From Octopus bimaculoides (Eukaryota), in NCBI RefSeq assembly GCF_001194135.2, contig NC_069000.1:38937926-38970210 (forward strand): 32,285 bases of DNA, written 5' to 3'. Both the position numbers and the translations under genes were made by a program. How positions within the stretch are numbered: the first letter of the stretch is position 1; every line of letters begins with the position of its first letter. The notes below the pieces were generated by a model. That model made no database searches. It was not told the DNA's origin and saw only the letters and a list, made by a program, of their open reading frames with translations. Shown in pieces: positions 1-10,596 of this stretch.

Positions 1-662
1 TGTAAATGTTAAGTTCTTCCAACACATTTTGATAGACATTTTGAAATTTTGCTTGAACAGGATGACTTCTACAACTGAGAAGAAACGTAATATTTCTATG
101 AGATACGAAGCAGTAAAATGAAAACATAAATGATATAAAAATAAGATATTAAATTCAAGATCAATTAGCTTTCATTTCTGACTACAAAGAACTCTTTTCC
201 GCTTGATCAGAAACAGTAAATGGCCATGCCGCAGAGCATAACCTTGGTACATCCGTAATCATGATACAAGCGTTCTTTATTATCAGAAACTGCAAAGGAT
301 GTATTCGTACGTTTTGTTACGAATTTAGAAAGGATGGAGATATTTCTCCTTGAATGCAATATTTCGTCTATCCTTAGCCTTTTCATACTTCAGCTCTCAT
401 CTCATAGTATTTTTCTCGCTTGGATTAGAATTATTTGATATTCAATGTTAAGCATAAGATGTTGCTCAGAGAAATTTAACGATAGTATTCTGTATTGTAT
501 TTATGAAAAAAAAAGGTCTTTTATTCCGTATATTTTCGCTCATTTCACATTGAGTTATGAAAATAGCAGAAAAAAAAATATATTGATCTTAAATTTTGGC
601 AAAAGAGCAGACGTTCTGTGCGAGAGGGTAAATCGATGACACCGACCGCAGAGCTCTCAACA

Positions 663-732
663 GGTACCTAGTTCAACGATTCCGAAAAGAGAAAAGCAAA
701 ATCAACCTCGGTGAAATTTCAACTCAGAACGT
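663..732 (-). mobile_element. SINE family C fragment, degenerate
   Basis: GCAAAATCAACCTCGGTGAAATTTCAACTCAGAACGT is a diverged reverse complement of ACGTTCTGAGTTCAAATTCCACCAAGCTTGACTTTGC at ~8594-8630 and of the copy at 23160-23195. Confidence 0.7.
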
Positions 733-754
733 GCGTGTATGTGTGTGTATGTGT

Positions 755-811
<57 letters not shown>
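732..811. repeat. (GTGTGTGTAT)n/(GT)n microsatellite
   Basis: Read directly. Confidence 0.95.
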
Positions 812-812
<1 letters not shown>

Positions 813-840
813 TTTTTTGTCTATATTTATTCCTGTAAAA

Positions 841-982
841 TAGCGTTTCGGCAAAAGAGACCAATGGAATAATTATTTGGTTAATAAAAAAAAAACGTAT
901 AAAATCATAAGTTCTGGGTTAAATTTCATCGACTAAAGACGGTGCTCCAGCATAGCCGCAGAAAAATGATTGTAACAAGAAC
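841..982 (+). mobile_element. SINE family A 3' portion, degenerate
   Basis: TAGCGTTTCGGCAAAAGAGACCAATGGAATAA...GACTAAAGACGGTGCTCCAGCATAGCCGCAG matches the reverse complement of the young copies at 10006-10155 and 24781-24915. Confidence 0.85.
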
Positions 983-2547
983 ATATATATAATTTATATC
1001 TATCCATGATTCATAATCTCTGTATATAACATACTTTTGCTTTGCGCGATATGTTGTCCTATGACAACATCTCGGAATCTCATGCGGACGGGGTGTGTTG
1101 AAAACAATAAATTAGGGACATAATAACTTGCTGCAACAACGAAGTTTCATCTTACTTTGTGTGTTACATACATTTAATTAAACAACCTTAAATTAAGTTA
1201 AATATGTTCCTTTAAAAACGAAACTCTGTTGAATTTCAATATTAAGAACAGGGGTCTAAGGCAAATTATATTCTTGCTCACCAACAAATGGCTCGAAATC
1301 GGACGATAGTTTCAGATTCATATCGATTATATTAAACTATAGAATAGATAGAAATATTTCGGACACAAACAAATTATTGACGCATAACAAAGTCATATAT
1401 TTATAGAAGGGTCTGTATTTAGTCAGTTGAATCGATCCAGGTGCCTTACTAGATTAGATTGGTTTTGGGCAAATGAATCTATGTAACTATAAAAGTTCAA
1501 ATCAATGAAATTTCAGTTTACTAAGATGTTGAAATAGCAGAAACGTTAGAAAATTGAGAGTAAATACTAAAACTTCTGTAGTCCCTCCGCTACCATTTTC
1601 GATTCAGTCGACCTATTGTCAATAAAATAATACCAATAAACTACAGGGATTAATTAACTTCAAGATGCTTGTGTATTTTGATTTCAGTGTTTACTAACAA
1701 ATATTAATTCTCATTTAATTTCTTGATATAACGAATCTCTGGCATTTATAGAGATTCACAGATGGACAATCGATAAACATGATTCTAAATACTTATTTTA
1801 CTTACGGCAGATATATAACGGTTTCTCTCGACAAGATTTATACACAGGATGTAGGTGGCATAATTAAATACCACACAGTTAGCTTCAAGACGTTACATTT
1901 ACTATCAATAACTGCGTATAGTAAATATATGCAAATTCAGTAAATATCATTTCCAATTTGGAAGCCAATTATAACTGGCTTATAGTGATGCTTCTCCGCT
2001 TAACTTTGAAAACATGCTTGATAACCGAAGGTCATTAACACGAAAATTTATTTGGAAGGTTGAAAGGTATCAGTTGACTACAACCAGAAGATTACTCTTA
2101 CCTCAATCAAGGCTTGATACAGTTTACTCAGAAGAGGAGATACAGACGATATTTATTTTATATAAAACATGTATATTCGAATTTATTTGGTAGCGAAAGA
2201 TTACTGAATCTTCTGATACCCCATACGTCAACACGGGCAACTAAGTTATCCAATGCAAAAGAAACATACGCACACGCACACATACTCACTCACTTACACA
2301 CACACATACTCACTCACACACCGGCACACATAAACTCCGCTTTATATATATATATAGATATAGTTGTAAGAATATGAATGCAATTGAGTGAAGAATAAAC
2401 ATTACAAGGCATTTACTCATTCTCGATGAGGTTTATATCCTTCGCTGATACACATCATTGATGGCTCTTACGCGCATACACACACATACATACAAACTTA
2501 GAGACACACACACACACACAAACACACATACATGCATTTATATCTTT

Positions 2548-2740
2548 CTCATGTTTCAGTCATGTGCGGAACATGTCGACTGGTTTTAGTCGAACGGATA
2601 GCACTTCCACTCGTATTTTTCTTTTAATTTTGGTACTTATTGTATCCGTCTGTTACGCCAGATCACTAAGGTTAAGGGATGTAAGCATACCGACACCGGT
2701 TTTCAAGTGGCGATTGCCAACACAGACGCAAATACACATA
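2548..2740 (-). mobile_element. SINE family A 3' portion, strongly diverged
   Basis: TGTTTCAGTCATGTGCGG...TTTAGTCGAAC...GGTACTTATTGTATCCGTCTGTTACGCCAGATCACTAAG...TTTCAAGTGGCG...AACACAGACGC is colinear with 10027-10225. Confidence 0.7.
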
Positions 2741-2930
2741 TATACATAAATACATGATTACATGCATACATAATACACACACATACATGAATACACAACT
2801 ACATATATAATACGCACACATACATGAATACATGACTGTGTACATACATACATACATACATACATACACACATACATACATAATACACACACAGGCACAC
2901 ATACATACACACATACACACACATACATAA
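2740..2930. repeat. Compound (TACA)n/(CA)n microsatellite
   Basis: Read directly; explains ORFs 2672..2968 and 2758..2949. Confidence 0.9.
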
Positions 2931-3077
2931 AAAAATTTGTGTGAGGCAAACAGAGAATTAGAACTCAAAACATGAGGATATTTAGTTTGTTTTTTTTAAT
3001 AATAGGCAGTTGTTTCAGAGTGGCTCAAGGACGGAGAATTCCTTGTATTGGAACTTATCAAACCCAGTCATTAGAAT

Positions 3078-3167
3078 TTGGTTGGCCCAGCACTGTAAAA
3101 GAAGAACCTTCTCCAAGAAACCATGCAGTTGAGAAGAAAACTTTCTATCACCACGCCTGTACCTATA
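3078..3167 (-). mobile_element. SINE family A 5' head remnant
   Basis: GGTTGGCCCAG...GAAACCATGCAGTTGAGAAG...ACCACGCCTGTACCTATA resembles the reverse complement of the head at 21092-21205. Confidence 0.55.
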
Positions 3168-3995
3168 TTTATTTATGCTTGCGTTTACCTTTTATTTATT
3201 AGTACTCTTTCAAAAAGGAACTGGTTTCTAGCAAAGAAACAAAAGCCTTGGGACTTAGATAATAATTTAAATAACAAGATGACAATGATTAATATCAAGC
3301 TCTTCTTGCATATTTTCACTGTGAAATTTACTTCAGGCGTTCTCTACCTTAGTTTAACGATCCTAATTGTTTCTGATTATCACTTAAACATTTACTAACA
3401 TGAACTATTGATTATTGGAACAAATGTGAATTTATACTCCAGGTATAAAATATCCATGCTTTGAAGCAGTTGTCCATTGATATTCCACTTCCCATCGATA
3501 ATAGAAGAGATTTATGCATATGCAGGGCAGTTGACAATTATGTTTGTCTATTGATTTTCCTTTTGAAATAACTATATCAGGAGTGTTATTACGATTGATA
3601 GAAATTTCAATTGGTAAATTCCACCAAAATTAATACCTCACGAATAGAATACATACATAATTGTATGCTTGTTTACTGTTTATATACAGCATCGAGCAAC
3701 TTCAATGATAATTGTAATGTCAGTGTTGCTGAAAAGCAGCTAAACATCACACTGCGCCCGGTGTATGTCCGCGAACAGGATCCATTTTGGATTACTAGTC
3801 GAGTATCATTTTTATAGTTCAATCTCATTTCGCTTTATTTGTTTCTAATTAGGTACGATTGTACAGATGCGCTCAGGCATGTGTCTTATATAAGGCACAA
3901 TTAGAGAAAATTGCTAAAAATCAAATGAAATGTAATTAAGTTTCACGTCGTCAAATTCTGCACAAGCTCAACGCCATTAAATATTACACGCCACA

Positions 3996-4019
3996 AGAGA
4001 GAGAGATTAAGAGAGAGAG

Positions 4020-4084
<65 letters not shown>

Positions 4085-4085
4085 T
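3996..4085. repeat. (GA)n microsatellite
   Basis: Read directly. Confidence 0.95.
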
Positions 4086-4902
4086 AGAATGGAATAAAGC
4101 GAAAAGAATTCGTTTCCCGTTATAATCTATGAAATGTTTCTTTAGATCAGATTCTTCCCGCAAACAACTCGTTTCGAAACTTAAAAATATTTGAGAGAGA
4201 TAATAGACAATGTATATATCATTGAATTTTAGATCGATATTCAAAGTAGGTGGTATAATAAACCTATTAGTTACAATGAATAATTTATCTTGCTAAAAAA
4301 TGTGTTCATTGAAACACAAAACAAAGATTTAAGGCAACAAATATCCAACAACTATAACAATTAATATGTTCTCTCTATTAACACGTATATTGTGGCTTTT
4401 ATCGAATCCTTTTCAATAGAAACAATACAAGTATTTTGAGGGTATAATGGGATTATTAGCGTTTTAGGAGTACCATTCAGCAATGTATCGGTAAATCGCG
4501 TGTATAGTTTTATCAGAAATAAAGAAATAATTTATATTATATAGTATTTCCATCGAATTTGACAAAAATGATGGAGACAATTTTGTGTAGTGGTGGTTGT
4601 GGGGGTATAATTCTAACCAAATCGAATGGTATTATAATCGTCTTTATTGCTACAGGCTAATATTGTTGAAATCTTTCACCGGCAATGTCTTCATATTTTG
4701 GCAGTAAAATAAGAAACATCGATTTTATTCAATACGGAACTAAATGTAACACATGTGTCTTGTATATAATAGGGCTTATTTTCTAATATTACTTTACAAA
4801 CGATTCCAATGAATTAGCATTTGATACATGGCATAGATACATGTGCACAAAAATTTAGGAAGAAGAACCTTTTATATTCAACCTGTTCTTGAGTAGTACT
4901 AA

Positions 4903-4984
4903 TTATATCGATCTCAGAAAGATTGACGTAAATGCAGCTTTAGCGAAATTTGAATTCGCAATTTAACTCAGGAAAGCTAAATAC
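4903..4984 (-). mobile_element. SINE family C remnant
   Basis: ATCGATCTCAGAAAGATTGACG...AGCGAAATTTGAA...CTCAG is weakly colinear with the minus copies at 663-732 and 23410-23460. Confidence 0.4.
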
Positions 4985-5452
4985 AGAGACATGTTAATTG
5001 GTACTTTTTCAATAATAATAAATAAAACAACACGTTTTAATTGGCACTCTTACATTTATAACAAACAATAAAAATAAGTTTTATATGGTACTCAATCAAT
5101 TATGGCATTTACTCAACACGTATTCAATTATGCCACTTCTATTTTGATTATTCTGATCATATATNNNNNNNNNNNNNNNNNNNNNNNNNNNNNNNNNNNN
5201 NNNNNNNNNNNNNNNNNNNNNNNNNNNNNNNNNNNNNNNNNNNNNNNNNNNNNNNNNNNNNNNNNNNNNNNNNNNNNNNNNNNNNNNNNNNNNNNNNNNN
5301 NNNNNNNNNNNNNNNNNNNNNNNNNNNNNNNNNNNNNNNNNNNNNNNNNNNNNNNNNNNNNNNNNNNNNNNNNNNNNNNNNNNNNNNNNNNNNNNNNNNN
5401 NNNNNNNNNNNNNNNNNNNNNNNNNNNNNNNNNNNNNNNNNNNNNNNNNNNN

Positions 5453-5590
<138 letters not shown>

Positions 5591-6054
5591 ATTCATACAT
5601 GCACTTTATTGAGCAATTAATGTAATAAAAATTAAAACGACGCATCTGGGATTTAAATTAAAGTCTTTTGTAGTCGCCACCTATCATCTACCTTTGGCGA
5701 TAATGAAAGATTCTTCTTTCTGTTCACTCTTCGTTCCCTCTCTTCCAGCTTCCACTTATTTCTTTCTACACACTCATTCATTACGTGATACATCGGTTGC
5801 GATGTCTCTATAGGCCTACTTAAAATTGTTAGTGTGTATTGCTATTCTACATGCTAACGAAATAAACATATTTGCGAACGGAATATGCCTAGAAGCCCCA
5901 AAGTTTGTTCTTTAGTTCTACGTCAATGATATGTCTTATCTAATACGAGAGCGCTCTACCTGTGAGCATCACACATTTCATTCCACTATTGTATAACTGA
6001 TTTATATTATACCTTATATTTTGAAAAATGTTTGAGTTGGATACGGTGTTCATT

Positions 6055-6335
6055 TACAGTCCTATATTTAAGAGATTAGGAATCATGTACATTATTTACA
6101 TTTGACGGACATTTGTCCTCATCTTGTTTGTTATTAATACAACGTTTCGGCTGATATACCCTCCAGCCGTCATCAGGTGTCTTGGGGAAATTTCGAACCT
6201 GGGTTCTCATTCCTTTATTATCATTATTATTATTATTATTCATGTCACTGCCTGGAATCGAACTCGGAATCTTAGGGTTAGTAGCCCGCGCTATTAACCA
6301 TTACGCCATATGCCCGTCAAAATGTCAATAATGTA
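6055..6335 (-). mobile_element. tRNA-headed short element (family E) with a Penelope-type hammerhead motif
   Basis: Minus strand: GGGCATATGGCGTAATGGTTAATAGCGCGGGCTACTAACCCTAAGATTCCGAGTTCGATTCCAGGCAGTGAC (A box TGGCGTAATGG, B box GAGTTCGATTCC; 6244-6315), (AAT)n at 6215-6240, body, hammerhead core at 6136-6181, AT-rich tail. Confidence 0.8.
6136..6181 (-). ncRNA. Minimal type I hammerhead ribozyme-like motif
   Basis: GACAC-CUGAUGA-C-GGCUG[GAGGGUAUAU]CAGCC-GAAAC-GUU-GUAUU: core CUGANGA (6176-6170), 5-bp stem II, GAAA (6148-6145), helix III reduced to a palindromic (A)ACGU(U), stem I with one mismatch. Confidence 0.65.
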
Positions 6336-7251
6336 TATAAGGTGTTGATTTAACTGTGAATTTAGCAAATCAAGCAAACACATTGTGTGATTCGTGTTTG
6401 TTCTTGTTCTGCCCATTAGAAACTTTAAATTCTGAATTCCGCTCCTTATAGATCTCTCAGAAAAAATTGAAGGCATTGTATAACCAGATATACACGACTG
6501 TGTCTTGGGTAGAAATCACTAGAATACAAGACAAATGACTAGATTAAGACATCTTGCTATAAGCGTGACAAAAGATATAGTAATTCGCAAACGATCTATA
6601 TTACAAACATATTCCGTTTTCCGTAATGCGAACGGAAAACGTTAAAGCTAATCCCTGTGGAAAAGTATGTTTCATGCTCATTTCCTTGTTTTATATTGAG
6701 GTGATAACGTACGTTCCTTTCAGAAAATCACTTCTAGAAATTATTTTATGGAGATCAGATTGACTGGATAAACGATTTGATTCGGTGTTTAAACTCAGAG
6801 TGTAAATGAATTTAACTCACAAGTACTAGGTATTATATCATTTAATCTAACGATTCTACTTTCAGCTCTTTTATTGATATAATTAACTAATCAACCATTA
6901 TTGAAAATTAAATTTCATTAGCGATGTTATACAGAAGTTTCAATAATAGATTTCACATGAATGAATTTCATTTACTTTTGTTAGACCACAAGAAATAGAT
7001 TCGTGAAAAACAACTCCGTCCCCCAAAATAACTTCAGACTTGATGACGTCATTTCTTGTCTCATTGATGCAAAGCTACGGCAGCTGCAACAACAACAACA
7101 TATACATATATGACAATCATCACAAAATATACGTAGAATAAATCAATGACTCGTTAAGGACAACAGATTATTAATACTCACCGAAACTAAATAATTCTAG
7201 ATAGGGTGTGAGGAAGTCAGAGAGGTGGACTTTCTTCGTCAAATTATGTGT

Positions 7252-7346
7252 CTGTTGGCACCCCGTCGGTTACGACGACGAGGGTCCAGTTAATCCGATC
7301 AATGGGACAGCTTGCTCGTGAAATTAACGTGCAAGAGGCTGAGTAC
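7252..7346 (-). mobile_element. SINE family B 3' end, cut by a gap
   Basis: The reverse complement GTACTCAGCCTCTTGCACGTTAATTTCACGAGCAAGCTGTCCCATTGATCGGATTAACTGG matches 10535-10594. Confidence 0.85.
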
Positions 7347-7978
7347 NNNNNNNNNNNNNNNNNNNNNNNNNNNNNNNNNNNNNNNNNNNNNNNNNNNNNN
7401 NNNNNNNNNNNNNNNNNNNNNNNNNNNNNNNNNNNNNNNNNNNNNNNNNNNNNNNNNNNNNNNNNNNNNNNNNNNNNNNNNNNNNNNNNNNNNNNNNNNN
7501 NNNNNNNNNNNNNNNNNNNNNNNNNNNNNNNNNNNNNNNNNNNNNNNNNNNNNNNNNNNNNNNNNNNNNNNNNNNNNNNNNNNNNNNNNNNNNNNNNNNN
7601 NNNNNNNNNNNNNNNNNNNNNNNNNNNNNNNNNNNNNNNNNNNNNNNNNNNNNNNNNNNNNNNNNNNNNNNNNNNNNNNNNNNNNNNNNNNNNNNNNNNN
7701 NNNNNNNNNNNNNNNNNNNNNNNNNNNNNNNNNNNNNNNNNNNNNNNNNNNNNNNNNNNNNNNNNNNNNNNNNNNNNNNNNNNNNNNNNNNNNNNNNNTA
7801 TTTCTGTAAACAAAGATGATAGATTATTGCTATTTACATGGAGAGAAAGAGAGTTCATCCTATATAATGATGTAAGATTAATAAATCATTGGCGAGTTGT
7901 TTAGCTCATTTTTCTTTTAAAGAAAAAGTCTTAATCGTTATGAAACCACAACAATTCCCAGTAAATATCTGCACAAGT

Positions 7979-8206
7979 ATGGCTGCGTGCTGAAGAGTTC
8001 AGCCACATCCACTTTGGGCAATCGTCATCTACTATAACTTCGGGTCTACTAAAGCCTTGTGAGCAAAATTGATAAACGTAAACAGACGGGAACCCCGTCA
8101 CTAATATGTGTGTATGTGTCTCTTTGTGTGTGTGAGTGTGCATCTGCTTAAGTGCTTGTGTGCTTGCGCACGCGTGCGCGTTTTTATGTGTGTGTGTGCA
8201 TGTTTA

Positions 8207-8238
<32 letters not shown>

Positions 8239-8460
8239 CGTGCGTGTGCGTGTATGCATTTCTGCCTTCCATCATTTGAGAAGTATTTTGGGTTTTCTTA
8301 CATCCCGATAACACAGCAGTTCAGCAAATGATCAGATAATGTAAGTTCCGTACTTAAAAAAAAAATGCAAAAGTACTCGGGTGGATTTGTCAGAATTAAA
8401 CTTTCAATGATATACCCCAGCATGGCCACAGTCCAATGACAGCAACACGTAAAAAACTAA
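7979..8460 (+). mobile_element. SINE family A, near full length, old
   Basis: Colinear with 21094-21570: CTACTATAACTTCGGGTCTACTAAAGCCTTGTGAG, central (TG)n, CCCCAGCATGGCCACAGTCCAATGAC. Confidence 0.75.
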
Positions 8461-8564
8461 GCGTTTAATTCGAAGGCCGTGCCACGTCTGTAGAAATTAT
8501 TAATCTATATTTCCTGTGCTGCTTCTGTTAAAGCTGCCCATATGTATCCCGAACGAATATTATT

Positions 8565-8745
8565 AAACATTTAGCGATATTTCGCCTGTCTTTACGTTCT
8601 GAGTTCAAATTCCACCAAGCTTGACTTTGCCTTTCATCATCTCGGAGTCGATAAATTAAATACTAGTTGCATACCGGAGTCGATGTAATCGACTGAGCCC
8701 CTCTCTCAAAATTTCAGGCCTTGTACCTAGAGTAGAAAAGAAATT
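8565..8745 (+). mobile_element. SINE family C
   Basis: TTAGCGATATTTCGCCTGTCTTTACGTTCTGAGTTCAAATTCC...GTCGATAAATTAAATAC...ATTTCAGGCCTTGTACCTAGAGTAGAAAAG is colinear with 23130-23300; GAGTTCAAATTCC is a B-box. Confidence 0.85.
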
Positions 8746-9479
8746 TTTTAAACATATGAATTGGTTGAGAATTGCTGTTCTTTGTAAATATTACCGACAT
8801 ATACAATTATATAACAATGGAATCATATCAACTATGAATAATGTATTCGGCAGTCAGACATGTTATCAACTCCAGCTGTTTCTGCAGTTCTATTGACTAA
8901 AATCTACGCTGTTAATTGAGTTTGCTACACATATCTATTATAGAAACTGTTTTGTCTTAAATGTGATACTCTTTATAAATTAATAAATTAACGTCTAACT
9001 TAGCATGTTATTTCAACTAATCTAAAAGTCTTGCGTTGGATATATTATGTAATCTTTGATTCTGCAAGAAGTAGGAGTACAATTTATATTAAATCACAAT
9101 CCAGCTTAATAAATACTGCACACTCATACTTGATAATATAATAGTATATGCACCAAAGAAGAAAATAACGACGGGGTGGTCACAACTTGAATAAGTTGAT
9201 CATAGCTCTATTAGATCATATTTGACCGTGGGGATACATGATATCACGCACACTACAGCGAATAAACGAGAGGAGCATCTACCTGCTGTCTAAACATGCT
9301 TGAAGTAATAAGAAAATACATTTCGAACCGCACTCTATCGTCATCAGTAACTGTTCAGTTTAGGAAATAAATGGCTGTATCAAGATCACATTTGATCACT
9401 GTCTTCATCCATTAGTGCTGATCAAGGATCAAACACAATTGTTCATATATTTCCACTGGATATAACATATAGAGGACAT

Positions 9480-9985
9480 TACAGGACTTGTGCAACTCGT
9501 CAGTGGTTGATCGGGTCTTCTCAGGTGACCCTTCGAGCGGTTTCCCTGTCAGCCCACCCCACTCCTTTGAAACTCTTGTTCATCTACTGTGAGCATCAGC
9601 CATGACCCCAGCCGCATACTCAGAGCCATCACTCCAGCCGGATACTCATGGGAAACAAAATGCAGTATCAAAATCGAGTAACATGACCAAACAGTCTGAC
9701 CTGATGCTCCCCAACCATACAAGTAACTGAACACATGTTAGTTTTTGATTGGATACAAAATCATCTGACTAATTGTAGCCCATAATCCCGCGAAGAAAAG
9801 CATCCTGGTACAAGAGGAGTTCAGGCAGCTCCTAATCCTCCAGACAGTGTCTGTATCTCACAAATGCAGGACAAGACGAGGAGAACGAAAGAACTGCAGA
9901 CCGGAACCATTGTCCTATTCAGATATCGACAGAGCCAATCTCGCTTCTCCAGTGTCTGCACAATTGTACGATATATTTTCATAAG
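9480..9985 (-). mobile_element. RTE-clade LINE, 3' part of RT ORF, pseudogenised
   Basis: Minus translation across stops and frameshifts gives WLCRYLNRT..., LRGIMGYN*SDDFVSNQKL (9739-9795) and EHQVRLFGHVTRF (~9670-9710). These match the RTE C-terminal motifs LRRIMGYRWxDFVSN and RQLRLxGHVAR. Confidence 0.75.
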
Positions 9986-10005
9986 ACTTTCTGTCAGTGT
10001 CTCTT

Positions 10006-10309
10006 TTACTCTTTTACTCTTTTACTTGTTTCAGTCATTTGACTGCGGCCATGCTGGAGCACCGCCTTTGTAGTCGAGAAATTCGACCCCAGGACTTATT
10101 CTTTGTAAGCCTAGTACTTATTCTATCGGTCTCTTTTTGCCGAACCGCTAAGTTACGGGGACGTAAACACACCAGCATCGGTTGTCAAGCAATGCTAGGG
10201 GGACAAACACAGACACACAAACACATATATACGACGGGCTTCTTTCAGTTTCCGTCTACCAAATTCACTCACAAGGCTTTGGTCGGCCCGAGGCTATAGT
10301 AGAAGACAC
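10006..10309 (-). mobile_element. SINE family A, young copy, 5' part lost in a gap
   Basis: Nearly identical to 24781-25100; (CTTTTA)n tail at 10006-10025. Confidence 0.95.
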
Positions 10310-10348
10310 NNNNNNNNNNCCTGTGTCTATTCGTAATTTACCAATATA

Positions 10349-10395
10349 TAGGCGCAGTGTGGCTGTGTGGTAAGAAGCTCGCTTCCCAACCATGT
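10349..10395 (+). mobile_element. SINE family A tRNA-like head only
   Basis: TAGGCGCAGTGTGGCTGTGTGGTAAGAAGCTCGCTTCCCAACCATG matches 21093-21142. Confidence 0.85.
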
Positions 10396-10442
10396 CCGTA
10401 TGCACATGTCCGTATGTATCTACCTTTATATATATATATATT

Positions 10443-10473
<31 letters not shown>

Positions 10474-10474
<1 letters not shown>

Positions 10475-10596
10475 GAGGCGCAATGGCCCAGTGGCTCCCC
10501 GAGAACTACCTTAAGGATACACATGTCTGTGGAATGCTCAGCCACTTGCACGTTAATTTCACGAGCAAGCTGTTCCGTTGTTCGGATCAACTGGAA
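10474..10596 (+). mobile_element. SINE family B, internally deleted
   Basis: A-box head GGAGGCGCAATGGCCCAGTGG is joined directly to a 3' body homologous to 7252-7346; no B box. Confidence 0.8.

Noticed and set aside
61-86. 26-nt microexon encoding MTSTTEKK
   Set aside because: The splice signals are plausible, but it is too short and has no supporting neighbour.
1048-1073. Hairpin ATGTTGTC-CTAT-GACAACAT
   Set aside because: An isolated 8-bp stem with no context; expected occasionally in 32 kb.
2102-2150. Minus-strand donor GAG|GTAAGA
   Set aside because: All frames close within ~50 nt upstream and there is no CAG/TAG acceptor in that interval.
6244-6315. tRNA gene with an ACT anticodon loop
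   Set aside because: No acceptor stem and a mispaired T stem; it is the head of a SINE-like element.
6615-6651. 10-bp hairpin CGTTTTCCGT/ACGGAAAACG followed by CTAA (Helitron 3' end?)
   Set aside because: Short spacing, no CTAG, no identifiable 5' TC end or second copy; compatible with chance.
7182-7251. Minus-strand exon THNLTKKVHLSDFLTPYLELFSF with a perfect GTGAGT donor
   Set aside because: The only acceptor is supplied by the SINE end and has no pyrimidine tract; no other support.
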